From Catajapyx aquilonaris (Eukaryota), in assembly GCA_000934665.2 (NCBI GenBank), contig KZ537956.1:1-64000 (forward strand): a DNA stretch of 64,000 nt, given 5' to 3'. Both the position numbers and the translations under genes were made by a program. A model generated the notes under the pieces. The model saw only the letters and a program-made list of their open reading frames with translations. It was not told the origin of the DNA and searched no databases. Numbering within the stretch: position 1 is the first letter of the stretch; the number at the start of each line of letters is the position of its first letter. Shown piece after piece: positions 50,201 to 64,000 of this stretch.

Positions 50201-53200
50201 AAATAAAAAGCAACAAAAAGAGCCGGCTTCCGAAAACAAGGGGGTATCGTTAAAAAGAGCCTGGGAGTGGCTTTGCAAAGAGGATACATAAAACATTTGT
50301 CCAATGCTTATAATGCAACAGTCGCCCGAGGGGAATTAAAACTATCTCGTCGTGAACATACAGCAAGAGCATGGGAGAAGATCTGTGGGCGTGCACGTGA
50401 CATAAAAGGAATTCATTTGGCCAAACACAATGGGTACCCAGGTGATTTGTACCCTCCAAAGCATCTCTTTTTCCTCCAGTCCCTAGGCTTGACTAATATC
50501 AGGATATAACCTTTCTTCCTGAAGCACTCGATCAGCACAGGGGTGTTGGCTGTTTCCTGCAGATGACGGCGGAGGGCAAACTTTGCTCAACGCCTGGAGA
50601 TCAACCGGGCCTAATTCTGGCCTAAGACCGTGTGTACACTACCTGATGGGAAACACTGCCCTGGCCCCAGCCAGATCAAAGGTTTTCCCTCATTGTACAC
50701 ATCAGCATGGATTCGAGATGGGGGCATTTTCTTCCACCAGATGGGGGTGCTGAGGGAGGGGGTCGGCCATGTTTGACCGCCGAGATTCTCCGCCTCAGAA
50801 GACATTAGCGTGCTCTGCGGCCTCCCACATCAACTTCACAAAGCCCCTAAACAGCTAATTAGCCAAATAAGCACGCCGTCCTCCTTGGGCCCACCACCAC
50901 GGTTCTCTTGCTGGGGGGAGGATCAGAGGAAGAAACAGTGGGCAGCGGGCATATGAAGGGGAAAAAAAGAAACCAGTTCTAGCAACGGAAAAACTTTTTC
51001 CTTTTCTTACTGCTACACTTTCTTGCCAGCAATTAACCGTCAATACACCCCGCATCAATTTTTTCCCACCTTCTTTTCTCTTCCCTTTTTTTCTTTTCAC
51101 CGCGCCTTCCCTTCACACTTTGCTGGCACTCGGTTATACAAGCCAGTGAACTTCACCCTCACCCAAAATGGTGTCAAGGGTGTTTCGAGTGGTTGTGTAA
51201 TGTTTCCTACCCTCACCCCCAACACCGCCGGTTGGGAGAGACCACAAAGGGCATTTTCTTCACGGTCAAGGGTACTGGCATTTCTCAGGTACGTGTAATC
51301 CGGCCATATAAAGTACCGGCTTAATGTTCCCACAAAAATGAATAACTTATACTCTCGAGAATTCCTTTTTGCTTGTCACAACGTGCCAAAAATTACTGCC
51401 GGACCTCCACTCCTACCTGTCCATTCGAGCAGAAAAGATGGTTCGCTCGCCAACTTTTCGTCCTTATTTCAGTCTTTTTTGGAGAAGCCCTTGCAGCTCG
51501 ATTCAGCCCGCAGTTTCACTCATGCTGAATTCCTCGCGGTTCTTTCCCTCCCTTCCTTTAAATTAATTCAGGCCACGTACCTCCCCTTCCTAAAGCAGCG
51601 TCTTGGGGCATTAGGAGCCGGAGCTAATAGCTACTCGCGGTTTCCACAATCACTCATTATATTCGAAACACAAGACTGTGCCTGGGTTCAAACCTTTTTC
51701 CGCCAAAAAATATCCAATATCGGGTTTGGGGGGAGTAAGTTGACCCGGTGCCATGTCCTGGAGACAAACCTCGTAACTGCAGCCACTTTGCTCATAAAGT
51801 CTCTGGCTGCTCCGCCGAGGGGGCCTCCAAATTGACACGACAGTCCGCAACAAACGTGTTTACCTCCCTTGATTAATTCTCCCCCGTCAATGGCCTATTT
51901 GTCCCCGATCCCACGTGCAAGCTGCCAATTCCTGCCCAACATAAAGAGGAAGCGGAGGGCCAATTCCATGGGCTTTTACGTCAGCGGGACCTACCCCACT
52001 TCCGGTTAATTAAGATCTTTCTCAGAACAGTCATAGCCAAACTCAGAGGTTGGGGGGGTCCCCCATTGCCATGGCTCTAATTTCATTTATGCCCCTTTTC
52101 TGGCAAAAACTGGGATTTACCCGAGGCGCTTAAAGATTTTCTCTCACAGAAATGTGTCGACCAGATGCTTATTCCGGCAGTTACTTGTTCGAAAATGTAA
52201 TTAGAGCTCGAATATTTCAGAAAATTGTCGAGTAATATTCCCTACTTTATATACAGTGCAATATATCCATTTTGTAGGAAATTCGAATTCACATTTTTAT
52301 ATTCGCATAATCCGACACAATCTGTCCAATTTGTAATCATGGCAAGGTGGGCAGATTGTTAGCCCCGCAAATGTCAAGAAATGGTATGCAAAACAATGGA
52401 CGTGACATTTGCAACATTTGCACGGCGGGGAAGGATTTAGACTTCACAATGGCTGCACAGCTGCAGTTTAATGGAGCAATCGTTTTGTGCGTAGGTTGCA
52501 CATAATTTTGTGAGTAAATCGGCTTTCACGCTGATGTGAATAACACGGCAGACAATTGCTTCAGGTACAGTTTTATTATAGGCACTGGGGGCAATCTTGC
52601 CACATTGCAATATTTTATCTGTACATGCGTTTTGTTTCAGGAAAATTTCCAAATATACTCCCACGTCCCCATGCCCATTTATGCGGAAGAGCGATGATGG
52701 ACTGAAAACTCTCTCCAGGCTATGTGAGACCACATACACACACTCGTCCGGAGTGAACCCGGGTCTGTAAAAACACTTTGCAGAAGTCCCGCGACGCGAA
52801 ATTAAAGCTAATTTCGGAAAATAACTTTCAGAACACAGCTGAAAGGCTGCTTCCAAATCCGTGGCTGTCAAAGGAAGCTGCTCTCACTTTGTCGAAATAT
52901 TGTAAAACCCAGTAATTAATCCATGTGCGTCTTTCTACGTAAGGCTATTATGACACCATCCTCCGGCAGCAACTCAACACTAATTGCATCCCAGTAGAGC
53001 ATCGAGCTTGCATCTACCTGTCACTGTAAACTTAACACTGAAACTTTGCTACATGTATAGCATTATATTATGGTTATATGGTTACTAAACTGAAGGAATA
53101 TTTTTGAAATATCTGACACGTCCATTAATAAATTAAATCACTTTTGGGTAACCTTGCCGACCGAATGCCTTTCACCTGAAGTGTGCAATAGTACCCACAC

Positions 53201-53594
53201 CACGTTTTGAGTGAAGGCATTTTGTCCCGAGCATCAGGCATGGGAGGCCAAAGCGGTCACCGAAGAGTCACGCAGACACGATAGTATCTCCTCGGACGAG
53301 TCCACAAGAGGGGGGGAGAGCAATCAATCATAAGTCACAACAGGCATAAACATGAATGGTTCATCATTCTATTCCAGACCATGTTCGTTTAAGTCCCGAC
53401 ACGATAGGCAGCACGCAGTTGGCGTGTTAAATTTCCGCCAATTGCAGTGTCACGACTGAATAAATAAAGGCAGGGAAAGTGAAGCATGCTTACCTCTTCT
53501 CCAAGGAGCACCATCCACAGTAAGGATCCTTCACTGTCAGGCACGTGGAGCAATTAGTGTACGTAGCGCAGTGCTCCACTCGGACTTTTGAGAT
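17294..53594 (-). CDS. PlexB: Plexin-B, 5'-partial (1451 aa in window; PSI, IPT, TM, split GAP and RBD). Exons 53594-53494, 42866-42734, 33250-32885, 29220-28984, 27184-26927, 25419-25171, 24646-24230, 23635-23336, 23034-22614, 20773-20631, 20432-20299, 19981-19633, 18803-18650, 18567-17946, 17849-17486, 17401-17294
   Basis: PSI motif [16 protein letters not shown] repeats ([17 protein letters not shown]), TM segment [14 protein letters not shown] followed by RRK, and GAP motifs [24 protein letters not shown] and [15 protein letters not shown]-terminus LEGEETSTC. All 15 introns are GT-AG with compatible phases (4356 nt). No Sema-domain exon recognised in 53.6-64 kb. Confidence 0.95.
19016..19075 (-). 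CDS. PlexB: Candidate 60-nt plexin-B cassette exon ([20 protein letters not shown])
   Basis: Long polypyrimidine tract ending TTTTAG, donor CAA/GTATGT, phase 0-0 like the host intron, stop-free, and similar to the start of the next exon. Confidence 0.7.
19423..19494 (-). CDS. PlexB: Candidate 72-nt plexin-B cassette exon ([24 protein letters not shown])
   Basis: TGCAG acceptor with a weak pyrimidine tract, donor GTG/GTAAGA, phase 0-0, stop-free. Confidence 0.4.
22047..22103 (-). CDS. PlexB: Candidate 57-nt plexin-B cassette exon ([19 protein letters not shown])
   Basis: Acceptor CCCCTTTTCATTTCTTTCAG, donor G/GTACAT, phase 1-1 like the host intron. Starts AFA like the next constitutive exon. 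Downstream TGCATG cluster. Confidence 0.6.
31420..31570. repeat. Dispersed repeat fragment, copy 1 (homologous to about 33800-33935)
   Basis: Shared blocks AAGAATAAGGA, TAAGAC.CAC, GAGGG.AAT and TGTAATAAATTGC.TCGA.TGC in the same order and orientation. Confidence 0.6.
33800..33935. repeat. Dispersed repeat fragment, copy 2
   Basis: Diverged direct copy of about 31420-31570. Confidence 0.6.
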
Positions 53595-56500
53595 CTGCGG
53601 AAGAAGAAAAAAAGAACGTTGCATTATTAACAAGTGCTGGGGAGCAATATCCTGCATGTATTGTTGTAAATGTTTCAGTCCAGTGCGGACCAATCCTGGC
53701 AAGTGCGAAAATGGCGGTGATGTACTGCCCTCCTGCGTAACATCTCCGCCCACTCCTTACTCCTAACTGAATAAATAAGAGGCTCATTGAAATTAACGCA
53801 CCTCTGACGTGGAAAGGCCGGAAGAGGATTAAAAATGTAGGAGACCCCCCCCCCTCCCCGCCCCCCAACTGGAATATATACTCCAGGTCGTAAGTGTCTC
53901 GCAAGGTGTCTCCTGGCCCCCCTCAAGACACGTTGGGAAAAGCGGGTCTGAAATAGTTATGATATGGTGCGTGGGCCAACTATCTATCGAGGAGTGAGAA
54001 ACATGGCTTCCACCTGGAACACACATACACACAGCAGCAGCAGCAGCAGCACCGCCCCCTTCCGTTTCGACGGCATCCAAGGGAGTGTCGGATGCAGACG
54101 AAGAATTACCAAGTGGTCCTCCCAGCCTGCCAAATGTTTCCCCGGTGCATCTATTTAGACCTCCCGGATCCGCCCAACCAGTCGCAAATAGAGGAAAAAC
54201 ACACACACCCATGCACTTAAACTGGGTTCATGCGGACGCCATTTGTCTTCTACTGGCGTCGTTGGGGTTGGAACTTGGAACTAAAATTACTTCCAGGAAA
54301 ACAAAAAATATTCTGTACAAATGATTAAAAATAATGCAAGAAGGTGCATAAATTCATGGGCCACAGTGCATTAAAATATGCAGTGTGCTTAACAAAACGG
54401 TGAATAAAATTATGCATCTCGTGTTTTGCGATATGTATCGATATTTCGATACATTGCACCTACATCATCCACATCATCACTATATTTCGATATATCGAAC
54501 CTACATCGTGACAATATTTCCATATACAAAAGGGATGGTCAGCGGTTGATCGAACATGCGATTTTCTTATATAGTAATGACTGCGATATTGGCGAATCCA
54601 AACTACAGCTAGACAACGATGCTCAGTGCGAACTCAGCTTTATCGACCAGACTTGGCTTGGAATCGTCCCCATGCCAGCCAGGACCCCCACCATTTCAAT
54701 ACTGATTCATAGTTGATGCCCACCGCGCCCACTACAGGGTATTTCATAGTGCTAAACCACGACTTAACGCGACCATCCCTGGGAGTTAAAGGAGGCATTA
54801 ACGGGCCGCTATAAAATTGGACCCTCAGCCGATCTGATCGTTTCCGTTTAAACTTTTCGCGGGGCCGGCCCTCGCAATTCGTGCACGAATTAAAACAGGG
54901 CTTAATGTTGTTTCTGGCATTTATAATCAGCCGTGAAGATCAGATATATCGCCCCCAATATCCCGGAATAGGGGAGTCCGGTGGTTTTGGACCCACCGTT
55001 GTAACTCTTCGCCCATGAAAATATATTGCATGGGGGCTTCTGCGGAAGGAAAGTGCGGAATCTCATGCGGTGTGAATATTTCGTTCAGATTATGTCCAGT
55101 TAGTAAAAGCCGGGGGTTGATTTTTATCGCCGAGTGTGGCCCCCACATTGGAGCGTTATTGCACGTGTCACATGCTCCAGATATACGGCTCCGGCGTATA
55201 TATATAACCAGATAAGCAAAATGGCTCCAACTCCCGCAGGCGCGTTACCAGGAACTCTGGGTAGGTAAAAAAAAATATGTCTATGAAACATACTAGCAGG
55301 TTTTAAAAAATTGCGAAGTATTTACTTGTAGCTGACTATACCTGCAAGGGTCACACTTTTGTCAATTGTGTGACCAGGCATATATCATGCCCTGGGCAAG
55401 GTGCACTTGACGCTCTAATACACCCACACTGGCATGGTGGGGTGTTTGAAAAATTCGCCCCCGAATCACAAGGCCAACTGCTCTTACGTATCTGCAAGGG
55501 AAATGACCCTTCAACCCGGCTGGCCCCCGGAGGGAAATGGCAAAATGCGGTTTCGGAGGAAGCTCGGGAAATACGATATGGACACCCGGGGACTGTCCCG
55601 GACACGATAGAAACGGCTTGGCCCCAGATTAAAACACACACACACACACACACCTACGCATAGTCCCTGGATATTTTCAGGTTTTTTTCCACTTGATGAA
55701 GGTAACTCCGCCTCCCTGCACACACACACTCGGTTTTGTTTTTTTGTCATTTTTCATTAGGATGCTACGCACATCAAAGTGGAGGCCGAGAAAAGCGTTG
55801 CAGCAGTACTGTGAACAAGTCCCGCCCTAAAGGCCGGCTTAAAATGCATCCTGAAATAGTCGGGCCCATTAGTCCTTGTTTATACATTTTTAGGTATACT
55901 AAAAAGTGCGGAGTGTGATGGCACGACATTCCTCCCAGCATACAAAACCATAGTTTTAGCCCAAAAAGAGGCTAGACGCGGGCTTTCTTCATTTGTGCAC
56001 GCCACTCCATATTAAAAACCTTAATCAAATTAGTTCGACCCGGCGGAAGGAGGCCAGATCTGAACAAAAGGTGCGCATATAGGTCATCCTAGTTAGGCTC
56101 AACCCAGGCTGCCACAAACAGTGTAGCCTCCTCCACATGCCCTGCCCTCTACCGGCGAACACAACTCCATCTAGCGGGTTTCCCAGCGTACGACAAGACA
56201 CTGCCCTTAGGATATCCGACGTAATAGGACGCATTCAATTAGAGGCTATTTATTACGCATGTGCATGCAATTCACTTTACGGCCGGAGCCAACTGACGGA
56301 CAGTGTTATGCAGGACACTTTAGTGATATTAATGATGTTATCAAAGGATAGCTAACGATTACATTGTACTAGTAGTACTCGAAAGTGGGACGCAGGGTAA
56401 TTACTTTTAAATGACGTGACGCAGCTGGACCCGCGCCAGAGAACCAACACGCGATTAAAGCTATCCGGATTTGAGAAGTTTCGCGAAAAGTGTGCGCTGG

Positions 56501-59500
56501 CTTAAATCCAACGACACAAATTTAATTACTCCGGTACCCCCCCGTTTATCGTTTCGGTGTCTTCGTCGTTTCTTCCGTCCTTTTTTTTCCTTCTTCTTCT
56601 TCCATAGTCTTTGTCTCCTTCCTTCTCCGGAGAGCGACGTGACCAAGACGGATGAGCGTCACATTCCAATCGAACACGGCCCAAGAAAAATGTCCCCGCC
56701 GACGGATCTGGGCTACGATTGTCACGGATTTATGCCCGGCATGGACGCAGCAGCCAACTTCTTTGCCAAAAGAAAGGAAAACCTTCTCCGGAGGGGATTG
56801 CATTGAGGAAGGGGCGATGCTGACACGGCCCAGAAACTGGAGACGCATTGTTGCAGGGTACGTAGCCCTAGATATAGCTCATCCGTTCTGGATTAGTAGA
56901 GGTGAGCCTCTGAGATGTGTATATTCCTGGCTGGAAGTCAGGCAGAAGCAGGAAATGTCACCCCTATTCGCCTGTCTACTTGTAAGTGGGCATCTCTTCC
57001 TGCGGCGTGGCAATGACGGAGGTGTGTAACCAGCAACCCACAACTTGGTGGGTGGAATGGGAGACCACCCAACACTTCTCTTTGGACACGTGCCACTTGT
57101 TCGCAAAACTTCAAGACAAGTGGAACCGACGGAACGGAAAGTTTTCCTCCTCGCCGCGTTATATTCCACAGCTTCTTTCAGGCCAAGTCCAAGAAGGTTA
57201 CATAGCACTTCGACCCAACCATATTCGTACCAAGGCGGTCTCCTACGATGAAATTTCACCTCCAGGCATCTTCGCCAGAGCTTTAAAAAAAATTCCCGAG
57301 TACTTTTTCTGCAAAGCCAATAGTGTACATTAGGCAACGAAATTCCATCGGACCATGCCATTATTACATGTCATCGGCTTAAACGACGGTGCTTTACAAG
57401 GCAATGTGGGTCGCGGCCTTCGAGTAGCCCGCGATTGCTATCGTAATCGCAACCACTTAGCTATCAGTTTCCATAAAACTAATCGGCAGCCTGCATCTAC
57501 CAACCTGCCTAATGACAACTTTCCACCAATCATTTTGGGGCTGGCCCCCTAGTTAGGCCTGAATTAGACTGATCTGCCAGGAGCGAGTTGAAAGCCAACT
57601 TGTGAAAGGTTCTCCACCCCACCAACCCACCCATCTCAAAAGCTTCTTTCAAAAAAAAATTGTATATTTGGGCGTCCTTGAGAAAGAGACGTCCACGCAT
57701 TTCTTCCATCACGCTGCCTGGCTCTCCCAAGACGAAAAAGACACGGGTCGAAAAGAGCTCCGGAGAAATAAATCTTCCCCCGTAGCTGCCTCTTGATAAT
57801 CTCTGTCAATCTGGGCTCCCAGTTCCAGGCCCCCAAAAAGTTTCCAGTCAGCATCCAATCACGTTAGCATGTAAATTACTCCGGGGTTATCACGTGTCCC
57901 ATTTGCACCCCGTTGATTTATCGGTGTAATAGGACCCGCGTGAAACTTTATTTTTTTTTGTACGCTTGCAGTTAGATGTATGTCAAGGTGCATATGCATT
58001 GTATGAGTCATTGGCTTCGAGGCTCATAAACAGAAAGCTGAGGAGAGCCACTTCAACACTAACAAGAATCCACACAAATGTTCAGTTTTTATAGTCGGTA
58101 TATCAAGCAAACGCGTTCCGCACGACGTCCAGTGAAATTCCTCGTTGTTTCCCCCGTGACATCCGAGGGAAGAACCCCTTACGATGACGAGACATAAAAA
58201 GACACACACGCACTGACTGGTTGCTGCTGATGTCCATGACAGCAAACTGGTTAGTCCGAACGTGCCCTGCAAATGAGTTGTTTTTCCCCTCGACGCCCCG
58301 AGATCGTAATGAGGCTGCTCCTTTGTCGGAGACAGTCGTGAAGCCTTCAAGATGAGCTCACAAAATCCTCGCCTCGACGTTTTTCTCTTTTTTCCCCCCC
58401 TACCCCATCACAGGTCGCCACCCAACAATTAAGCAATTGAGATCCGGGCCCGTGTTGAGCCAACAATTAGAAATTAGGAACACCCCCAGTCTTGGTCCAT
58501 TCCATAATTCGGCGTGGGCTACTGATGCTGATGTTTACAGCTTGTTTTGGCCAAGTTACGGCCCACCTTCCACATACCATCGTCGTGTCCATTCTTTTTC
58601 TCTCCACCCCAAGCACGGCCCATAATTGGTTTTCTTCCAGCAGACGAGTCCTGGAGATAGCTCTCCTCGGACGTATACGACGTGAGAAGGGATGGATATG
58701 GATGGTGAGTGTCACGTACCTCGAGGTTATGAATATGGCCATTGTGTTTCGCCCCATCCGCCCCCCTGGCGCATTGAAAGATGTGTCACCAGGCCTGTTA
58801 TTGTCGCCCAATTAGTCTGGTTGTCGCCAGATTTTTTTTTCCCTGGAGAAACACCGTACTTTTCTTCCGCCTCTAGCCATACCGATGGACTTGGAAACGA
58901 CGCCGTTGAGAAGACTGTTAACGTCCGAATCTTCCCCCGACGGCGTTAAGTTCGGGAAGCCGAAGCCATCCCATTTCTAAAAGCCATTCCATCTCCGGAC
59001 TTTGGGGAGTTTCACCCCCACCTTTGCTGCTGGCATTCCGTCCTATCCTATGCTGCTGCTTAAGTGCTGCCGTGCCCACCAAACTCCCATTTAAGTTTCA
59101 TTATTCATGCCCTAAATCACAAAGTCTGGCTGTACAATACACGCTCGGCTGCTTCTCGGGTCTCTCGCTCTACACACCCGTCCTTATATACTCTACATGC
59201 GTACGAATATCCGTCCAGGAATATGCCCCTTTTCCTATGGGAAGTTTGCATGGGACGTGTCCTCTGTTGGTCCCCCCCGATCAAGCAGACCCAACCCGAA
59301 TGCAATAATTTCCGAGCCATTTCTCTCCTGCATTCATCTGACTACAACCTTCTGACACTGATGGATTAAAATGGAAGCGTCATTACCGTATACACGAGGC
59401 TGGGCTTTAAGCTCCGCATGCACTGCACCGGCGGCATGACGCATGCAACGTTTCGCTGCTCCCCGATATCAATAAATAATCGTATCTTTTCCTGGTATCA

Positions 59501-62500
59501 AAACCATGGGATGGATCCCATCAGCCGGGCGGATATTACCAACCCTCGTCCCTCGTCTTGCCTTCATGTATAGCGCCGCATATACTGTATAGTGCTCTGT
59601 ATTGTAATCATGCAAATGGACAGTCTAGAGTGGCCCCTTTATCGATGTTGTTATTGCACACAATGCTCTGTTGGGTTCGTCTCAAGTGAGAACCCGGCTC
59701 GCAAATATTGGGACAAGTGGCCCTTTGCCCCCTACAAGAGGCGTAATCCCCGACACGACCAGAGTTCCCATTGTTCACTCAAAACTTGCCATGTGTACTA
59801 TTACACCCTTTCTGTCCATTACGTGAGAGCGACTCTTTATTTTTTAAAACAATTAAGATGCAGTACACTTGTGTATATTAATGGATCTCATGCTGTGTAG
59901 GGGTCATTGAATAAAATATTAAATAAAATGGCTCGGTGCGCTGAATACATTTTCTTATTATTAACGTACCGAGTAATAATACACACGCCAGGTATTTAAA
60001 TTGGGCCTCGTTAAAATAATGCAAATCGTGTGATCGCATGCTGCTCCCTTTTCTCCTCTAATTACCCAACACAAGCCCATCCCTGGGCGCAAAAAAAGAG
60101 ACAAAAGTTAATCGAAAAGTTGGGTTATAATCTGTAAATCAACGTGACTCCCTATACATACGTACGTGACTTGGATGACACGTCGGCAGGACTCGCACCC
60201 AAATTGATCTGGACTACTACAGTTCTCGCCCACGTCAAGCCTGCTGCCCGAGCCTGGGTTCATTAGGACATTCATAAAATAGTTTCTTGCAACTATCGGG
60301 TGGGCGTGCCATGCCGAATTAATAATAGCGCGGTTAGACGGAACGCACGCGCTCGACTAATCTCATTTGGCCGAGGCCTGGAATTATCGACTTGTGAAAC
60401 ACATGTCAGGCTGATAAGTCATAATTTATGATTATTTGGCCAAGTGGTCAGTGGACATCTCTCTACGAAGGTGGATTGAAGAAAAGAAAAAAATAATCGA
60501 AATTATTTTGCCGGATCGATTGTTGCAAAAAGCGTTCCTTTAAGCGGGTGCATTATTTATTGCGAAGTCGTGAAATCTCTCCACCCGTGTCATTCCCAGC
60601 ACTTGGCAATAACAAGCTTAGGCTGTCTCTAGTCTTCCCGGACACAAAAAGGCCGCCTAGGTGGAGCGGCAGAGCGCATCAAAGCCAAGCCCCCAAACAT
60701 TTTCAGTTGGTCCGTCATTACCTCAGATGACGCCACAAGCGGCCATCTTAAATACTCGGAACTACTTCCAAATAATAAAAAAATATCCGAGGGTGCAGGA
60801 CGACGGTGACAGATTGGAATACTAAACTTCTCGACACGGACACTAATTTTTCTTCGGGAGCGCTTGAATCTTTCTTTGAAAAGTGGGCTTGGGCTGGCAG
60901 GAAAAATAGAAAGCAGGCATTTTCATCAGGGGTAGTAGCAGAGCTATCCCAACAGACTTGGGGGAACGAGTTGTTTGGATAAGGCGTCTACTTTTCTGAG
61001 TTTTCGCTTTGGGCGTATTTGGACTATGCCAGCGTATTTTTTCGAAACAGTTTTTGACCCCGGATGCTGCTGCTTCCTCGAATTATGACTATATAGCCGA
61101 TTAATAAAATTATTCGTTTTTTTTAAAAAAAACCATATAAAATGTAAACCTGTTTCTCGCCCAACTAATTATTATTGTCGCAATTAGTGTCATAACATAC
61201 TAACACAAGACTGTCATATTAATTTTACACTTTTGCCCTTTTGGTCAGCAGCCCCATTTCGGCTGCTGCATGGCCCACTAAATTAGCCGGATGACATTAG
61301 TCTCAAAAAACATGTCAAACGACTTGTCATAGCGTCCTTAGTTTAGTTTATAAACAAAGGACAGCCCTGGGAGAACATAACTCGCATAACACCACTAGTT
61401 TAAAAAAAAGTAGTGCAACCGAGCGCGGTTTTTCGCCTGGGTGGGTTTTAGTTATCCACCATCAGGACTAGAGCCGAGGAGAGGCCTCTTTTCCCTAGCT
61501 GCAAACATCTGCCTCCCTTGCAAACTTAGTCGTGACACGATGTGGATTCAGCCGCCAAATCCACGCCCAACAAACATCTGGTGCCTCGGCGGCCACGCCA
61601 TGCCGCCCGTGCTTTTACTCCACCTATCAAACTACACTTGCTCATCTTGCTGTCAAACTCTCATTGCTATTTACACTCCGTAGTATTATCATCGGGTTTG
61701 ACTCGAGAGTGTGGCGTTAAACCAAGACGAAAATATTTCCCTCCAAGAGCTAACGATCCCGACGTAAATATCCGGCATGGAGTGCAAACGATATGACAAG
61801 TACCGCACTAAGGCTCTGTATCGTGCCATCTTTAAAGGGCTCTTAAAAATTATATGAGCCCATTCTAAAGTTCCCCGCAGTATTAATTTTAGACCATTTC
61901 TTGCCGGCATAAAACTTCCCCCAGAAAAAGCAGAAGACTTAAAATTTGTCACCATCCGGGAAAAAGGACGCTAATGACGTTACATTTTGTCGAAAATAAT
62001 ACATAAACATCCCTGGAACCTTCAGCCATTTTGTAAAATAGCTTCAAGCACGACCTGGCCTCCCCTTGTGATTTACGAGCCAACACGACGATTTTAACCC
62101 CCGCAGGACTTACAACCGCAACAAATGGCTGACACAGCCAACCGCAGGGCGTATAGGTGACAATTCCCAAACTTCCTCGCACCCTCTCCCAAAAAAATAT
62201 ATATTCGGAATACGCAGGCCTCAACCCCAAAAAACAGGAAGTGTGATCCGTTAACATTCAGGCCTCCCGGCGGCCGCCCTTTCAAAAAAGACGAAGCATT
62301 TTTTATCACTCTGAGAGAGGACATTCTAAGCCCTCGTTTCCCCACGAATCCATGTCGCTTACTCCAAAGCTCCTTCGGGTGGAGGCAAATCCAACCCATA
62401 TTTTAGTCCCAAGACCTGCAAAGCCCAAGGCTGTCAAATGCGTGAGCTGCCATCCCTTTCTTCGGCAAGTCTCCCCCTCAGGTACAGCTCTTCCAAGAAA

Positions 62501-64000
62501 AAGAACGTTGCATCCCCCCCTCCAAAATCCGCCACCTCTCCTTCATTGCATATAAATGAACCGCGATTCTTCTATTAAACTAACTTTTTAAAAAAATATC
62601 CTACGTCTAATCTAGTCCCCTGCCCGTAAATCAAAAATTATCTGGCGGATGGTAAGTGTAGGTAATTACTTTTTTCATGCAGGTATATGCTGCATATGCA
62701 CCAGTGGGGAGCCTGAGGAAGGGACAGTGGCCGCGAGCAGCTGTTTTGGCAACGTCGCGTCGGGCAACTATGATGGTTGTGGGGCTCGTGTATACCATTC
62801 GTGGCTTTTTTATTTATTTATTTTTCAGGATTTGTCTCTATATCCACAATCAGCGTTAAAATCAGTTAAAATAAACATGTAGCTGGAACATATCGACTGG
62901 TGTCGTCGAGTCGTAATTAGAGCCAACTGCGAAGGCTTTCGCATGTCTTTTCGACGGCGTCGGTAATGAGCGCCCATCACACGTTTTTCGTCCTGTGACG
63001 GTAACGAGCCTTCTTCCGGCATTTCACTCACGTGCCTCGACACTTTGCCCTCGTCGGTACGGGGTTCAGGGGGCTATTTTGGACCCTTCCCTTCTGATTT
63101 TCGCCGCCGGCTTAATAGTGTTTGGGAAAACACGTCGTTGTTGCGACCTCTTCCAAAAAAAAGTGCAGTCTAGTCATATCCGTGATTCTGAGGAGGAATG
63201 CGAAGGTGTGGTGACACAGGTTCCCTTCCAATGACTGATAATCATCGCTACGGTATGTGAGGAAACCCTTCATTAGCACATCTCCAGCTCGAGTTTCTGG
63301 CAGAGGTGGGCGGTTTCCCGAAAGATGTCTGTCAGTCGGTCGCAGGGATATAGACTTCTTCGTCCGTCACTTACTTAGAGGGAAATTTGTCAAACACAAG
63401 TTGACAGGCGCTGTTCACCCCCCACAAAAAAAATTCGCGTGTCAATATTCGCCCGCAACTTCCAGGAGTGCCTGTCACTTAGGCCTATATTTACTTTTAA
63501 CGAACTCTTCGGGACTGAACGTATCTTGATAAGCGGACCCTGAGTGCTGAGAGATAAGAATGTCAATGCTATCCGCCGATATGCCCAAATCACGCCCCCC
63601 CTGTCTTGGGAGTTCCATTTATGCATCATGTGTGCACATCCGTAGCACTGACCTTCCTGTCGAATCAAATGATTGAATCAACCCGAATTTCGTTTACTAC
63701 GACCTTAGTTATTTTTAAAAAAAAGTTATTGGATTCGACCAGAAGCCTGTGGTTCATAAGCAACTGACCTCACTGCTGCATATTATTAGAGGAAACATTC
63801 CCCTCTTTCTCCCCCTTCACCAACCGCATAATCATTGCACAGTAGTTTAGTTCAAGTTATAGCCCCATGTCATCCTCCCCTTGCTTCAACCCCAACCCTT
63901 TCTGCTCTCGTTGCTAGGTTACAAAACTGGACAACGAGGGGTGCTGGCTACACGATATCAAGAAAAATCCCTTAATGACCAGGAGGGGTTGGGTATCAAA

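Noticed and set aside
43263..57361. Intronic ORFs of 150-190 aa (43263-43751, 43570-44061, 49048-49608, 51338-51835, 56879-57361)
   Set aside because: Low-complexity or random-looking translations with no domain motifs; expected by chance in long introns.
53595..64000. Plexin Sema-domain exons or a nested gene
   Set aside because: None recognised by eye; treated as intron, although a small exon could have been missed.
1..64000. CRISPR array or prokaryotic operon-like system
   Set aside because: Spliceosomal introns and eukaryotic repeats throughout; no regularly spaced repeat-spacer array seen.

Overview
Eukaryotic genomic window, almost certainly arthropod, judged from the plexin-B type and the repeat content. 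All recognisable genes are on the minus strand. From left to right: (1) a repeat-rich block at 1-4.3 kb with two tRNA-derived SINEs, a Tc1 remnant, a full-length decayed mariner, a non-autonomous Helitron and two long palindromes; (2) a complete 3-exon UBA3 (NEDD8 E1 catalytic subunit) whose first coding intron must be GC-AG; (3) two tandem paralogous 3-exon genes encoding an N-terminal BED zinc finger plus a C-terminal BESS-like motif, each with a perfect TATCGATA and CGATA clusters near its 5' end, separated by nested MITEs; (4) the last 16 coding exons of plexin-B (17.3-53.6 kb). The Sema-domain exons were not found and probably lie beyond the window. The two most interesting leads are the BEAF-32/DREF-like BED-BESS gene pair with CGATA-rich promoters, and up to four hidden alternative exons in the plexin-B cytoplasmic region. 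Several of these exons echo the start of the next constitutive exon and are followed by UGCAUG (Rbfox) motifs. Exon structures were derived by hand from splice signals, reading-frame phase and remembered homology; no searches were run.
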